Positions 26,101 through 46,267 of a DNA stretch of 64,000 nucleotides are shown one piece after another; the first letter of the stretch is position 1; the number at the start of each line of letters is the position of its first letter. The notes below the pieces were generated by a model. That model did not search any database. It was given only the letters and a program-made list of their open reading frames with translations, and had not been told where the DNA came from. The stretch is taken from contig LWCA01000055.1 in assembly GCA_001642005.1 (NCBI GenBank), positions 1,890 to 65,889 of the forward strand, read 5' to 3'. This DNA comes from Intoshia linei. Lineage: Eukaryota > Animalia > Orthonectida. The position numbers were made by a program, and so were the translations under genes.

Positions 26101-29100
26101 GTTTATAATTCGAGTGACTATTATTAAGAGATTAAAATTATTTTTCAATTAAAAATAATCTTGTTGCGATTTTTTATTATAAAGTATTATAATCAAAATA
26201 TTTTACCTTTTTTTTCTTGGACAGATTACAGTGCCAATATAATTTAATTGAAATATAATATTAGATTAATTAATATCTAATCATTATTTATTATTAATCT
26301 CGCCTTATAACTACTGCAGCACATACATACTTTACGCTATTGAATATTTGATTTACGTTTATTGTTTTTATATCAATATCAATTTCAATTCAATTTTATT
26401 GCAATTTTTTAAAATACTAAAAATGACCACAAGAATTGGAGATATTTTGGTTGGTCCATATGTCGGTTTCATTTTTAATGAACAGAAGCTACCTACTAGT
26501 AAAAATGTTCTTTGTAGAATATTGTCAAAAAAGAATCAAAACATAATATTGCCATTTCGTGGTATTGCAAGAGAGATTTTAGATATATATTGTAAAACTG
26601 GATTAAATTTAATAGGCATTGAACCTATTTATGTTAAATTAAAATATTTATTTCAAAATTACAAAAATGCATTAAGAAATCCTAATTTTTATGTATCAAA
26701 CAATTTTAAGCATGACTTAAATGCTTTATGTGAGGTTGCCAAATTCGAGCAAAGCAAGACACTTAGTGAAGATATAGATTTTTTCGAGAAGCAAAAAATC
26801 GGAACAGGATATATGGCCAGGGAACAAAATGATACTCCACATAAAAAAGAAATATTGGGTACCAGTAAAAGTGAAAAAAACTATTATATTAAAAAGAAAA
26901 ATTCGTATGGCCCGTCAATGTGGATCTTATGGTAGTCCATCATTTAATTATGATATGTCAACTGAAGAAAATATATTTAAAGAGAAAGACGATTTTAAAA
27001 TTAATATGTAACGCGTATGTAACTCTAAGTCAATTTTAACACGAGGGGCAGCTATATTAATGGTAAATTATTAACACTAATGTAAATTAAGGTTTGGCAA
27101 CCTTTTTCATTTTGTGGATGACTTTTATCAAACTTTACACATGATAAATTTTATAAAAATTTTATTATAATACAAACAAATAAATGTTTGGCGTAGGTAA
27201 TATCAAATCATGATTAATTTTGATAAATTTATTATTCACGTTAATTAATGTAACAATGCATTCTAATCAAAATTTTAATCCCATTTTTTATGACGGTTAT
27301 ATATTGATTGATAAAAATTTAAAAATAAATCATTTACTCAAAGGGCCACCAAAATTAATATGTGGACCACTGGTTGCCGACTTCAAATACAAATAATGTA
27401 TATATTAAATTTATGTTAATTAAATAACATGTATTATTATTAAAGTATATATTAATTTAGGGTACATCTCATAAAACCAATAGAAGGAACAGAATGTTGG
27501 TTAGAATGAAAGACATGAAAACTATTCGGAGTTTAGTTAACAAAATTGTCAAATTTGTTATATATTTTGATAGCAAAAAATTTGGAACCGACGAAAAAAT
27601 TGCAGTGGTGGCAATTGACACCGAAGCAGCCAAAGAAATTGTTTACAATTGAATTATAATTGAACATTGAAAAAATACACACGTTTAGTGCTAATTGCCC
27701 TTGATTCTTTGATGGGTGTGACACCCTAATATACATTGTACATTATGTATATTATACAATTTATATTAGGCATTTTATATATACACTTTTTGTAATACAT
27801 TGTATATTTATTTTTTTAAACGGTGATTAAAAACATACAGTGAAGCTACTATTCGCCAAAATCGGAAAGTCAACATTATTTGGTAAATAAAATAACGTAT
27901 TTTCTTGGAACCTGCTGACAATGTAGTATATATCATTATTGTTAATACTGAATCCAGTATTTATCTACACTTTCCAGTTCTCTAGTTATCCATATATTTA
28001 AGGCTTTTCTATATAACATTTTTGGTCTCATTTTGCAAAAGAGTAGGCGATTTTTTTCACGTTAGCCAATCCCTCTTAATCGTCGTGTCACTAATTATAA
28101 TTATTCATCAGTTATTTATATTTTCTTTATGTAATTTTTTTAGTGTCTACAAGGACAGTAAAACGGATGATATGATTATAAGTTCCATTGTGTACAAATT
28201 TAATTTTAAGGTATTTCCTTATTTATATAAATTAACTAGCTTTACTGTTATGTACTTCGTAAAAACAGCAGATAGATTTGCCAACGGTCGACTTTTTAAT
28301 TGATTATATACAGTGTGTACCATTTAAAACAGTGCACTTAAAAATAAGAAGTTTATTAAAAAACATTTTGACTGTAATAATTAAATTTGCTCATTTATAA
28401 AATTATTTGGATATTTATCTAAAGTATTTAGGAAAAAGTTAGAAACTTAAAATTATTTAATTTACAATAAATGTTCAAAATGACCACCATCAGATTGGAT
28501 ACATAAATCAATGCGTTTAAGGAAATTGTTGTAAACATTAGATAATTTTAGAGTGCTAATTGAGTTAATACTGTTAATGATATTGTTTTTTACGGATTCC
28601 ATATTTGAAAGGGAATTTTTATAAATTTTAGATTTTATTGTTCCCCACAAATAAAAATCACATGGCGTTAAATCAGGAGACCTTGGTGACCATATACTTT
28701 TTGATATTATTTTTTCGTTGAATTTTTGATTTAACCAATTCATGGATATAAATAAAGTATGGCATGTTTTAAACTCGATTAATAGCTAGACAAGAAATAT
28801 TCTTTTACTCGTGGTTAACATTTCAAAAAATTAATATGAACTTGTTTTTATACAGTTGATTTGTTTTTTATTTCGTTAGTGCACTCATAATATGAAATGT
28901 TTTAACAAGTGCACTGTTCTGAATAGTACACGCTGTACAACGAGTGTATAATTGTAAGAACAATCCAATTGTTACAACCCTAAAAAATCATCATAGAAAA
29001 CGTGAATTCCAGAAAAAATAAAAATTTAAATACATGTAGTACTTCTTTCTTCTATGATGAATTTCTGATAAAGCAATGTTTCCATTGAAATTTAATCCAT

Positions 29101-29318
29101 TTAATAATAATTGATTAAAGCTCAAAATTAAACTAAAAATTAGATTTTATAACACGTTTTGAGTCATTATATTTATATTTTTACGTATTATAATATAATC
29201 AAATATATTTTAGATTGCTGGTGAATGGATAATACCACCAGAAGATTTGGAACATTTTATCTATATTATTGTAGATCCTGTATATCGAAAATGTTTGTTA
29301 ATGCTCCAATTAAAATAA
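23119..29318 (+). CDS. CFAP300: Cilia- and flagella-associated protein 300 (C11orf70; dynein arm assembly factor)
   Basis: Spliced exons encode LYKWGM (~23200-23270), IPCNITNMDFFNRICNNEIVREGGEICGC...IDNELKK (24476-24633), ERKQFIFLLLKHLVIGGKFCQYD (~24970-25035), VYKDSKT...SSIVYK (~28144-28210) and FIYIIVDPVYRKC (~29214-29318), in the CFAP300 motif order. Confidence 0.9.
23565..24273. mobile_element. hAT Buster-like element in a CFAP300 intron, containing a Helitron fragment
   Basis: Perfect TSD ATGTAGAC with degenerate CAGTG...CACTA termini. 23900-24200 matches the Helitron family. Confidence 0.7.
25204..27728 (+). mobile_element. hATm-like transposon, internally deleted, in a CFAP300 intron
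   Basis: TIR TAGGGTGTCACA...GGGCAATTAGCACTAAA..TGTGTATTTT at both ends; TSD TCATACAT/ATATACAT (6/8). ORF 26423-26935 has KLPTSKNVL...KLKYLF...EDIDFFEKQK..GYM, the N-terminal pattern of hATm-type transposases. Confidence 0.8.
28311..28935 (-). mobile_element. Tc1/mariner (Tc3-like) element, internally deleted, nested in a Helitron
   Basis: TA|CAGTGTGTACCATTTAAAACAGTGCACTT...AAGTGCACTGTTCTGAATAGTACACGCTG|TA. ORF 28462-28743 encodes WSPRSPDLTPCDFYLWG...DGGHFEHLL. Confidence 0.9.
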
Positions 29319-29683
29319 AATAATTAATTAACTGTGTGCGACACCTTATACCAGCCATTCTTAATATTTACGACAGCGCGCACTAGTGTGCGCTGAGATA
29401 TTTAAAGTAAATCTTAATTTTATAGAAAAAAATGTGTGGGTCCAAATTGTCAAATGAGGCAATACTTCATAGAAGGTTATTGAAAAATTTGAAATCTGAA
29501 GATTCTCATCTTTAAAATATAGAATGAAAATTATTCTCTTACTAATTCAGATTTAACTAAGGTTGTTAAATAAAGAAAAACAACATTCAAAAATATTTGA
29601 AATAACCATAACCGTATCTATAAATGCTCAATTAGCATCATTTGAAATATCATAATTAATATCACTGTCACTATCGCTGTTAT

Positions 29684-29918
29684 CAGATCCGTCTTAATCC
29701 ACTTCGTGGCTCTGGGCTAAGAAAAGGGCCGGAGCCCCTTTAAAGTTTTGAGCGAAGCGATAAAAAAATTTTAGGGCCCCTTTTTAGAAGACAGGGCATA
29801 CTGTTGGTTAGCGACTTATTAGAGTTTTATTTCATTGAGTATTAATAAAAGCATTAAAAGATATTATGTAGGTTTTTAGTCACTTATTTCTTTTACCCCA
29901 TGCCTTAAAACGGCCTTG
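29684..29918. mobile_element. hAT MITE
   Basis: CAGATCCGTCTTAA...TTAAAACGGCCTTG with TSD GCTGTTAT/GTTGTTAT. Confidence 0.7.
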
Positions 29919-30405
29919 GTTGTTATGCCTTTTGCAATAGTCGCTATTTTGAAGTTTCTATTAATATTGAACAACTTTGGGGAACAGTCCTTTAAAGGAT
30001 CAGTTTTGGCAAATTATTAGCTTTCCTGTAGTTACAACCGTAGATCAGAACGGAACCACCTTGAAATGATTTGATAATTTTATTCTGATAGTATTATTAC
30101 GACTCGTAATCCTACGTAATTTACGACGGTAGTATAACTAAAAATACAAAATTCAAAACTATAAATATTTAATTATCGCTCACATAGCAAAATAATGAAA
30201 ACCAAATAAGTTTCTATTAATATGGTAATTTTATATACAGTATGTAATATGTGTAGTTATTATAATATATTTATGACAGCCGAATTTAATTTATTTTTAT
30301 ACAACCTTCAGAATCTTACCTCAAAATTTTTACAATTTTGAATTTAAATGTTAATACGTGGTACTAGATATGAACAGACCTAACATTATTATATGAATTA
30401 TTTAG

Positions 30406-31760
30406 AAATACAATATTAGTGATATCGAAGAATTTGAATCACTAGAAAAGCACCTGTCTCTATTACTCGACAAATCTAATGATGTCGAACGAGAATTTAA
30501 TGAATATCTTCTATCATCAAAGGTTATCAAATTTAAATTATGTTATCACTGTTATGCTATTTGATAACATGGTTTATTAAAAGTGTTGGCAGCAGTAGTG
30601 ATTCTGCCTCATATTTAATGTTAGCATAATTCAATACCCATAAATAATTTGTAATAATTATTAAACCTAGCACGATGAAAACTTGAAAAAATTATCCGGT
30701 CGTTTACTTCTGTACAATATCAATTTATTAAATCTTTGTTATCAAAGATTTTCTGGTTTGTCAATATTTGGAACAGAATACGTTCAAAATACTGTTTCTA
30801 GTCGAATTGTAAGTTTTTAAAAATTTTGTTTATTTTCATAATTTAATTTAGAATTTGGAAAAAAATATGAATCAAATTGATTTAAAATGTGAAGCAAAAA
30901 ATTCAAATAGTAAAAATTAAATTAATTTTTTATTACAATTACAATGTACTTTGTTGTCGATAGCTTTTATAATATTACTTTTTTCAAATTATAATTTCAT
31001 CATTTAGAAACATTTGAAAATGAACAAACAAATTCAAAGCCAGATATTTCGGACCTTAGCGATGAGGAGGTTTATTTAATTTACATTTTAATAATTAGTT
31101 TAATATAATTATATGAACATAGGAAACAACGGACAAGTTCAGGCCTTCCAAAATTGCTCCTGTTCATTTTGGTAATTTATTCTCTTAATTCAACTTATTT
31201 CACAATTTTTCTTTTTTCTAATAAAATTTCTCAACATTTAATCATTGTTAAATGAACTTAGTTAATTTTTCTTACAATTTGTTAATAGAATTGATTTGAA
31301 AAAAATATTTTCTTTTATAGAAAATTTTATGTATTTATTTTTTAGATGAACTTACATTTGCTGAAAAGCGAGAAAAAAACAAGAACAAGATTAAAAAAAG
31401 GAAAATGGATGAAAATCTCATAGCTCAATTGAAGGATGAATATGGAGATGAACCAGAAGAACAATCATCTGTAATAAATTTTTATTTTAAATAAATCAAT
31501 ATTTTTTGATTTTAGAATATATTTGGTGTTGAAAAGAACGATAAAGAAGATAAAGAGTAAATTCTTAATAAATTTTTAGTTTAAAAAAAAAATTTATAGA
31601 TATCGTGAAGAAAACTACAAAGCCATAAATATTCGTAAAACCAAAAAGGTTTCAGTATTATATAAATCTTTAATTTATATTTTAGGCACGCCGTCTTCAA
31701 GAAAGGAAAGGAGTGAGTTTTGACTGTAAATTAAATTTTTCAGATTCTGATGAAATGTAA
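30406..31760 (+). CDS. NGDN: Neuroguidin (Lcp5/Sas10 family, SSU processome); start and last codons uncertain
   Basis: Exons encode LLLYNINLLNL...FSGLSI...SRI/NLEK, KPDISDLSDEE, KFRPSKIAPVHFDE, LIAQLKDEYGDEPEE and YREE, matching neuroguidin motif order. Confidence 0.78.
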
Positions 31761-32430
31761 TATAATAACATTATAAAACTTGTCATGTTTGATATTAAAA
31801 TTTTATTTATTTTTTATATTACCTGTCAACTTTCTTGGCTCATAGAAACTTTTTTTGGCCAAGTAAAGAGACGAAAAACATTAAACATTGTATTTATTAA
31901 AATGTAATACAATTGTGACGATATTAGATATCAACTTTTTGAATTTAATAACATAACCTGTTTAAAATTATTTTTATTTGGCGCCATTTGTCTAGTTCTG
32001 TTTTTTCAATTTATATTATTGTGTTATGATTGTATATAAATAAATCACTTAATATTTTTACTAACGTTAGTAATTATTGAGATATACATCAATTAATTTT
32101 AGAACTATTTATTATTATCTCGTTACCTTATTAACATAATCATTTTTTTACCGCAATTTTATAAATTTAGTATTTCAGGTAATATTTTTATTGATTACAT
32201 ATATTTGCATGTTTTTCAGCATTCACCAAGTAATTTTTGTTAAACAAATCAAAACAACAATGATTAATTCCATAAATCTTTAACAAAGTATCCATCAAAG
32301 AATTTGGAACTTGCAATGGTGACTGCCACAACGGATTTTCTTTTCAAAAAAGGTATATTTTTTTGTATTTAAAAATAAACATTTTATATAATAAATTTAT
32401 TTAAAATTTTAATGTCTTGATATTAAAAAT

Positions 32431-35400
32431 TTAAATGTTAGCTTTGTTAATTGCATGAGTTAAAAAAGATAAATTAGAGATGGTCGATGATAATGAATTT
32501 CGATTATCTACTGAATCATCACTCATGGATTTAACTTCCAAATCATTATGACGAATCGTTTTTTTATTAATATCCTCAATGTTACGAATTGGTATGGTGG
32601 ATTTACGACGATTTACATTCCTAGTTGTAGTAGTCAGTGTTGATGGTGTTAAATTTTTAGTATTTTGTGTCGTATTAGGATTAAATTGAATGCTGAATTG
32701 TACATCTTTATAAACGTTTGTTTTTGTTGTATGAGTTAATGGACTTATACTCACTGGTCTTGAGTGGATTTTTGGGTTTGGGTTGTTACTGTGCCGGTTT
32801 CTGCTACGCCGAGATGTAAATGTTTGTTTGCACCCATTCACAAAGCATAAATGTTGTTCCTTTACTACACGTATAATATATTATATCTATATTAAAATAT
32901 GAATGAATACTCCACATATATTTACAACCACCAGTCATCTGTATATCCAGAGACTGATCGGAGATCATGAAAAAATAATTTAGTTAGTCTTAAGGGAACA
33001 ATGATAAAGTGTGTTCAACGTATAAATGACCCTCCCATATATTTATTTAATGTGAGGCTTCCGAAGAAGAATATCGGTCCGGTAGGTTCGGCATGCATAC
33101 AATATTCAAAAAATGTTTTGCCCGTCCGTAACCGTAGAACTATACAATATACCTTCGAAACATCTTTTAAATTTTTATTCTATTTTCCCTTTTTGTAAAA
33201 TTATGATTGCCACTGGCCCGAAATAATTACATGAAAAAATTATAAACCTAATGATTAAATTCATATTTTAAATATATTACTAAATAAAATTACAATGAAC
33301 AGCACTATGATGGATTTTCAAAGCACCTCTATCGCAAAACGTTTTATTGCATATTTCACAAAAAGCACGTTTTTTTCCAATTTTGCTAGTCTTAGTTTTA
33401 AGCTTTTGCTTCGCATTGATTTTGTGAATGTCTTGTATAGCTTTTTGAAATTTTGGATAGCGTAGATTTTTAAAGGTTTGTTTGTTACTACTCAAATTTA
33501 TAGGAGTAGAATTCATATCGCAACCTAAAAATTCATTAAATTGTTAAAATATAAATACAGGTAGAGCTAGATTACTAAGGTTAATCTACATGTTCAACTA
33601 TCCTACTTTTGAGAAAAATAAATTACAATATGATAATTATAAAGTACTAGCTTGGCTGTTTTGTACTACGTACAAACAGCTGCTTACTGAATGTAGTTAT
33701 TCTTTTTACCATTTTATGTTAAATTTGTAACAATTATCAATAAAAAAAATAACGTTTCAGTTAGTATAAATTTAATTTTATATTTTATATTACGTTGCTG
33801 TAGTGTCATAAATTAATTAAAGTTACAAAATTTTTTGAAAATGCAAAATCATTCCGAAGGAATGAATTATATAGATTTTCACTTATAGGTCTTTACTGGA
33901 AATGTGTAGACGTAGTAGACGAGTAGACGTAAAATCCACTTTTTTTTTTTGAAATTGTAGGATCAATATTTACATTTTCAATTTTTTATTTTTATCGAAA
34001 TATTTGAAAAATATTGGTTGATAATATATTAAAAATTATTTTTCACCGGGAATGCGTGGATTTCTGGGGTTGAAATTTTTGTATTTATATCAACTGGAAT
34101 GAGCTCTATGAGAATAATCCTTTTTTTAATTTTCGGACTGTTAATTATCTGACATTTATTGTTTTAATAAAATGATTCGAAAAAAAAATATATGAATACT
34201 AAAATGCTTTTTTGACCGTGAAGTCGTCACTTATCAGATTTAAATTTTTTGTTATTAACATGATACAACTGTACCACCTGTAATTTTTTTTAAATTCTAC
34301 GGCTGTTTTCATAAAAAAAAGGGTAATTTGGGGTTTTGGTCTTGAAGATATAATTTTTTTATATGTAAATTTATGATAATGTTTATGATTTGAAAATCTG
34401 TATCAGCGTATATATTTTTTAAATTCTCCAACTCATTTGATTTTCAAAAAAAAGGACAATTGTGGTTTTTGACCCTTAAGATGTGAAATTAGGAGGTTGA
34501 AATTTATGTTATTATACGCCCCGAAAAAAACTGTAATTGAAATGTGGTCTTTAAAAAATTCTAAGAGTGCTAGTTATTTTAAAAAAGTAACACACACAGA
34601 CAGACACACAAACAAAAATCGCGTCGCATTTTATATAAGTTAGGATATCCAAAATTCTACTTATATTTGAAACATTTTCACATCTTGTCCAGTGCCTTAT
34701 TGGCACATATCGAAAAAATTTTGATACAACAGGAACTGGCGAACTGTAAAGAAAATGGATTTTATTATCAGTATTAATCAATAAACAAATCTATTTATAT
34801 AGTGAGACAGAGTCGAAACTACTGTAGGAATAAACCGTAGTATTACCAACTATACATGTATAGCAAAAGTCAGTATATTCACCATTATATGTTATTATAA
34901 CTCTGATATATGAGAACATAGCTTAATAATAAGAGTACTTTTAAAAATGTAATTCAGTTCAGTGTGACGGTACCAAAATTTGATAGTTTAATCTCTTTGA
35001 AAAGCTTGATTATCAAAAAATTTACTATACTTACATGTATCTTTTAATTGAAATTTAATTACTTTTTGTAGAAATGGACGATATATTTCCTATAGAAACG
35101 GTAGAATTGCTTCTCGTAGACATGTTTGATTTGTTTTGATTTTCAGAGTTAACAGAATAGGTATTGGTGCTATGTTTTGATAAATCTTCTGGTTTCATAT
35201 CATTATTATATGAATCAAATTTAGTATTTTTATTATTTTGAGTAGCTATGCTTGAAAAGGTATCTATGATACTTTTTTTAATTTCGAGTGGATGCATGCA
35301 GTCATTGTTTGTATTAGTAATTTTGTTCATTGATTGTTGTGTATCTTCACATATATACTGAAGAGCCAACTGTTTTGTTAAATTAAATGTTATAAATTTT

Positions 35401-36030
35401 TGTATCAAAATTGACTCTTCTTCCCTCTTGATTATACTAAATTGTTTCATTTTATTTCCAGGTGTAAACTAAAAATTTTACATTAAATGTTGCCGAGTGT
35501 TGTAATATGTAAAATCAGTGTTGGTTAAGCAACGCCAATTATTTCAGGGCATGTACAATAATTCTACTAGAATTAAGCGTATTTAAAAAAAATAAGTGGT
35601 TTAAATTATAGCTATAAAATTGTTATTGGGAATCTCTACTCTTTATGATTTATAAAAATTTTGAAATAGTTAATTAATTTTAATAATTACTATGGTTTTA
35701 TATCCCCTTTCATATTCAGCAATTGTCCACCCCAAATTAAACAAAACTGTATTAATTTCCTTTGTGTCAATTTGAGATAGCAAAATATCAAACAAAATTT
35801 TAATACGGATCGGTATCGATGAGTATCCAAATAAAAACAAACTGGCAATTTGAAATATGTCAGTTAAAGTTATGTTTTGATCCGAAATGTTGCATTCGCC
35901 TAAGATTGATTGATTAGGTAGCAATGAAATTCCATGCCAAAACCAGGTGTGACCACAGTAGCATAATTTTGCATCTCCAGACTTTTCAAATTGTGCGCAT
36001 TTACATTTTGAAGCTGAACATTTTACTTTC
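32431..36030 (-). CDS. BNC2: Basonuclin/disconnected family C2H2 zinc-finger protein; first and last exons uncertain
   Basis: VKCSASKCKCAQF..CYCGHTWFWH; IFQIASLFLFGYSSIPIRIKILFDILLS...LGWTIAEYERGY; REEE; finger pair AFCEICNKTFCDRGALKIHHSAVH / HLCFVNGCKQTFTSRRSRNRHSNNPNPKIH. BNC1 versus BNC2 orthology cannot be resolved. Confidence 0.92.
33647..34645 (-). mobile_element. Non-autonomous Helitron in a basonuclin intron
   Basis: A|CTAGCTTGGCTGTTTTGTACTACGTACAAACAGC ... ACACACAAACAAAAATCGCG..ATAAGTTAGGA|T. Confidence 0.82.
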
Positions 36031-36282
36031 TAAATAGTGTATTACACCGCGTAATTTACACGTATGATACGTATATATATGTATATATAATAAATAAAAT
36101 TATTGCATTTTTACATTTCGGCAATTAAAACTTACATATTTATTTTGTGACTTAGCTCCTGAATATTATAAAGCGTCAATGAAATCTAATAGTTATTATA
36201 TTTTGATGGTTGAACATATATAATTTATACGTCGACAATATATACGATAACATATATAATATGTCGGATTATTCATCTAGAT

Positions 36283-36900
36283 CAGTGGTTCCCAAATTTT
36301 TTACTGTTGCAGTGCACTCAATAGGTAAAAATTTTTCTTAACACTTCAAATCTAATTTATCAAATCAATAAATGAAATTTAATTTAACTGAGTTTTATGA
36401 AATAGTCACCCATAACAATGTGGACTCAAATGTTTAGAAATTAATAAAATGACTACAAAACGTTTAATGATTTTTTTGTCTTATACAAACAAAATTTGAA
36501 AATTATAAATTAAGTAAATTAAATAAAATAATACACAAACTTAAATTATGGCACAAATATATATAACTTTAATGTAAAATTTGGGATTCATTCATGATAT
36601 ATGAAATGTATACATTGAAATGAATCATCCTGGATATTTTTTATTAGCTTATAAAAGTTTTATTAAATTTTTGAATTATAGTTAAAAATTTCGTAACGCA
36701 CCTAATTTTGTCTTGCGGCGCACAAGTGCGCCGCATAAAATGTATTCTTGAATTATTAATATAATTTTATATATTTATCATTTTTCATCTTTGCACATTT
36801 TCGAATATCGATGTTTTTTGGTTATCAAAATTTAAGGTTGACCCAAATTTTTATTTATATCACAGGTGCACCCTGAAGTAAAAAAGCTTAAGAAACACTG
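36283..36900. mobile_element. hAT Buster-like non-autonomous element
   Basis: CAGTGGTTC...GAAACACTG with perfect TSD ATCTAGAT. Confidence 0.85.
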
Positions 36901-37006
36901 ATCTAGATTATACTTGTAGATATTTTGCTCACGTTATAGCGAAATTGATGAATATCTCATTACAGTGCATTCCAATAATAAAATTACAAATTCCAACAAT
37001 AATAAT

Positions 37007-37276
37007 AATTTATAGTGCAATTTCAATAATATAATTACAAATTCGAACAACACATTTATAGATTCCAATCGTATAATTAATTAATTAATGTTTTCAAAAT
37101 GTATTAGCCCAAATTTCATTTTACATTTGTATCTCAAAATTTTTCATCGTGGTGTTATAATAATATGATCATACAAAAATGTAAAAAAAAATTGTTGGAA
37201 TCCATAATTATATTTTTGGAATCTATAATTGTGTTGTTCGAATTTGTAATTATATTATTGAAATTGCACTATAAAT
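37007..37276. repeat. Inverted repeat / foldback MITE
   Basis: AATTTATAGTGCAATTTCAATAATATAATTACAAATTCGAACAACAC..TATAGATTCCAA is mirrored nearly perfectly at ~37215-37276. A partial extra copy of the arm lies at 36960-37000. Confidence 0.8.
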
Positions 37277-38411
37277 TGAAATAAGAATTTAAAATCATGC
37301 AATAGAAATTTAAGAGTACTAAATGAATGACTAAAAACAATTTTAACAAACTTTAACTGAAAGCATACATTTTTGATTTTTATATTGGTTTCTGTATACG
37401 CAAACCATATCATAATTGATAAATATAAACTGTTCTTTTTTTATTTTGACTAACAATAAGATGAGAAAATAAAATGTAAAATAAGAAACATTATCAAAAA
37501 AATAATTTATTTTAATATATGCAACTGTATATTAAAGTATATAACCAGTTTTTGAATAAATAAGTGTAAATTACCTGAATATTCATATGTAATGTCCAGT
37601 AAGAATCAACTTTTATATTTCAATTTCTTCATCTATAAATTAAAGTTTTGTATATTTTTGTAAACATGATACATTTCAAGAGAATTTTATTTAGAATGAA
37701 TGCAAATGTCAACAAATGTTGAATGTCACATTGATTTTATTTCGTAATTATCAAAATGTAATGATTTATTCATCATAACAATAAATTATTACCCGCCATT
37801 TAACCAACCCTGACCGTCTGATGTTACTGATTAATTAAACTTAAAATTTTTGTAAGTAAACTAGTAAAATGACACATTATCATAATTAAAAATACCTGGA
37901 TACATTACAGTAGTTTTGATAAATTTAACAATATAAAAATTATAAATGAATATATAGATTGAAATAGGATGAGTAGGTTACATTAAAATGTTGATTTCTT
38001 GTCTGAGACTCTAACAATTTGTCATACTCCATTTTGTCAAAATGGTGATTCTAGCCAGAGGTTATCATATTACTTGGCTAAAATTTGCTAATGTTCATTA
38101 GACAAATTTTTTATTTATTAGCTTTAATGTTTTATAAAATGTATTTCATCTATATAAGATTTCAGTTTCACACTATTCAAAGAGGTAAATTACACATTTA
38201 CAAGTAATGATATTTTTAATTTTTCAAATAACCATTAAATTTCATAGTTACTATAAAAGATTCTTCATTTTCATTAAAATTTTACATTATATTCATTATT
38301 GTAGTCAACAATATTTTATAAACGACATAACAAACTAGACATGTGTTTATATTTATTAAAATTGACATTAAATAAATTAACAAAATCTGCTATCATATAT
38401 AGTAATTTCTA

Positions 38412-45131
<6,720 letters not shown>

Positions 45132-45217
45132 GTTTTATTTTGTTGAAATTGTATCCTAGATAATCTAGGATATATAGTAAAGTTATATTTATTATTTAAA
45201 TTGAATTAGAATTATAA

Positions 45218-45416
45218 ATGACGGATATTAAATTATTTGTGTCAGAAGTATTTGGAAACCAAATACAATTATATGTAATACAGGAGAACTAAACATTGAT
45301 ATAAAAGGTGGGATTAACCAATTTGAAAATTTTAGGGAAATTAATTTTGATGAGATTAAAGCCGTGTCTGTGCAAAAAATCGTAACTCCTTTAATTAGAA
45401 CATTTAATATATATGG
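45218..45416 (+). CDS. Possible first exons of an unidentified gene divergent from DPM1
   Basis: ATG 45218 (MTDIKLFVSEVFGNQ) lies ~90 bp from the DPM1 ATG, followed by an exon-like block EINFDEIKAVSVQKIVTPLIRTFNIY|GT. No homology recognised. Confidence 0.3.
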
Positions 45417-45752
45417 TATAAATAAATTGTAAACCTTTCAAAAAAAACAATTCAACATCTTTAGATGTAAAATTTTTAAGCATGATGGATTGTATAACGA
45501 TAAAACAATTTTTAGTTTTGCTTTTTTTAAATTTTTGAATTTAATTTAATTTGACTATAGCAACTGAACTTTATATTTTGTAGCAGTTTCGAAATGGTAT
45601 CTGTTTTGACATTTATTGTATTTGGTAGTAAAGCATCGCGGGCCATAATTTGGCCATCTCTGCTTTAAAATATATTTCTTTGTGATTATAATTATTTTTC
45701 TGTAACGATTGGCAGATAAGAACTCTGATAAGTTCATCTTAAATAAAAAGAT

Positions 45753-45823
45753 GTCCAAATCTCGATTCGAACTTAGTCACGCAGAATACAATTATATGAC
45801 TATAACCACTCTGCCAGTTAAAC
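45753..45823 (-). pseudogene. Degenerate tRNA-like sequence (tRNA pseudogene or SINE head)
   Basis: Minus strand has an A box (TGGCAGAGTGG) and a B box (GTTCGAATC) at tRNA spacing; the stems are imperfect. Confidence 0.45.
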
Positions 45824-46267
45824 ATCACCACTAAGTTATATCAAACGTATATATTCGAATCTCGATTAGTATGATAGCAATATATCACTACACTTTCTAA
45901 TTTAATTTAAAATTTTCATTATAAAAACATTATAAATTATTGCATTTGAGGAGACCCCTATTAAAAAAGTTTGAGAACAACATTGATAATACACATTTTC
46001 AAAGATATAAATATATATTCAATCTATATGGTGCGGCGCAATTTTTTAGTTCATTTTTTAATGCGCAGCGAACATAAAAAGCCCCCTGCACCTTACCTAG
46101 ATCTGTTACTGGGTTGAGATACGGCAGTAGCAGCCAAGAAATTTGAGATTGAATTGTCATACATTCTTACCTGAAACAAAAAAGAAACAGAAAATGTCAT
46201 TGAATATTCGACCCGAGAAAAAACCTGTATGATAAAACAGAATGAACATTTTATAAATATTACGACA

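Noticed and set aside
26348-26935. Nested host gene in the CFAP300 intron
   Set aside because: It lies between hATm-type TIRs and matches a transposase N-terminus.
45753-45823. Functional tRNA gene
   Set aside because: The anticodon and T stems do not pair properly; kept only as a tRNA-like relic.
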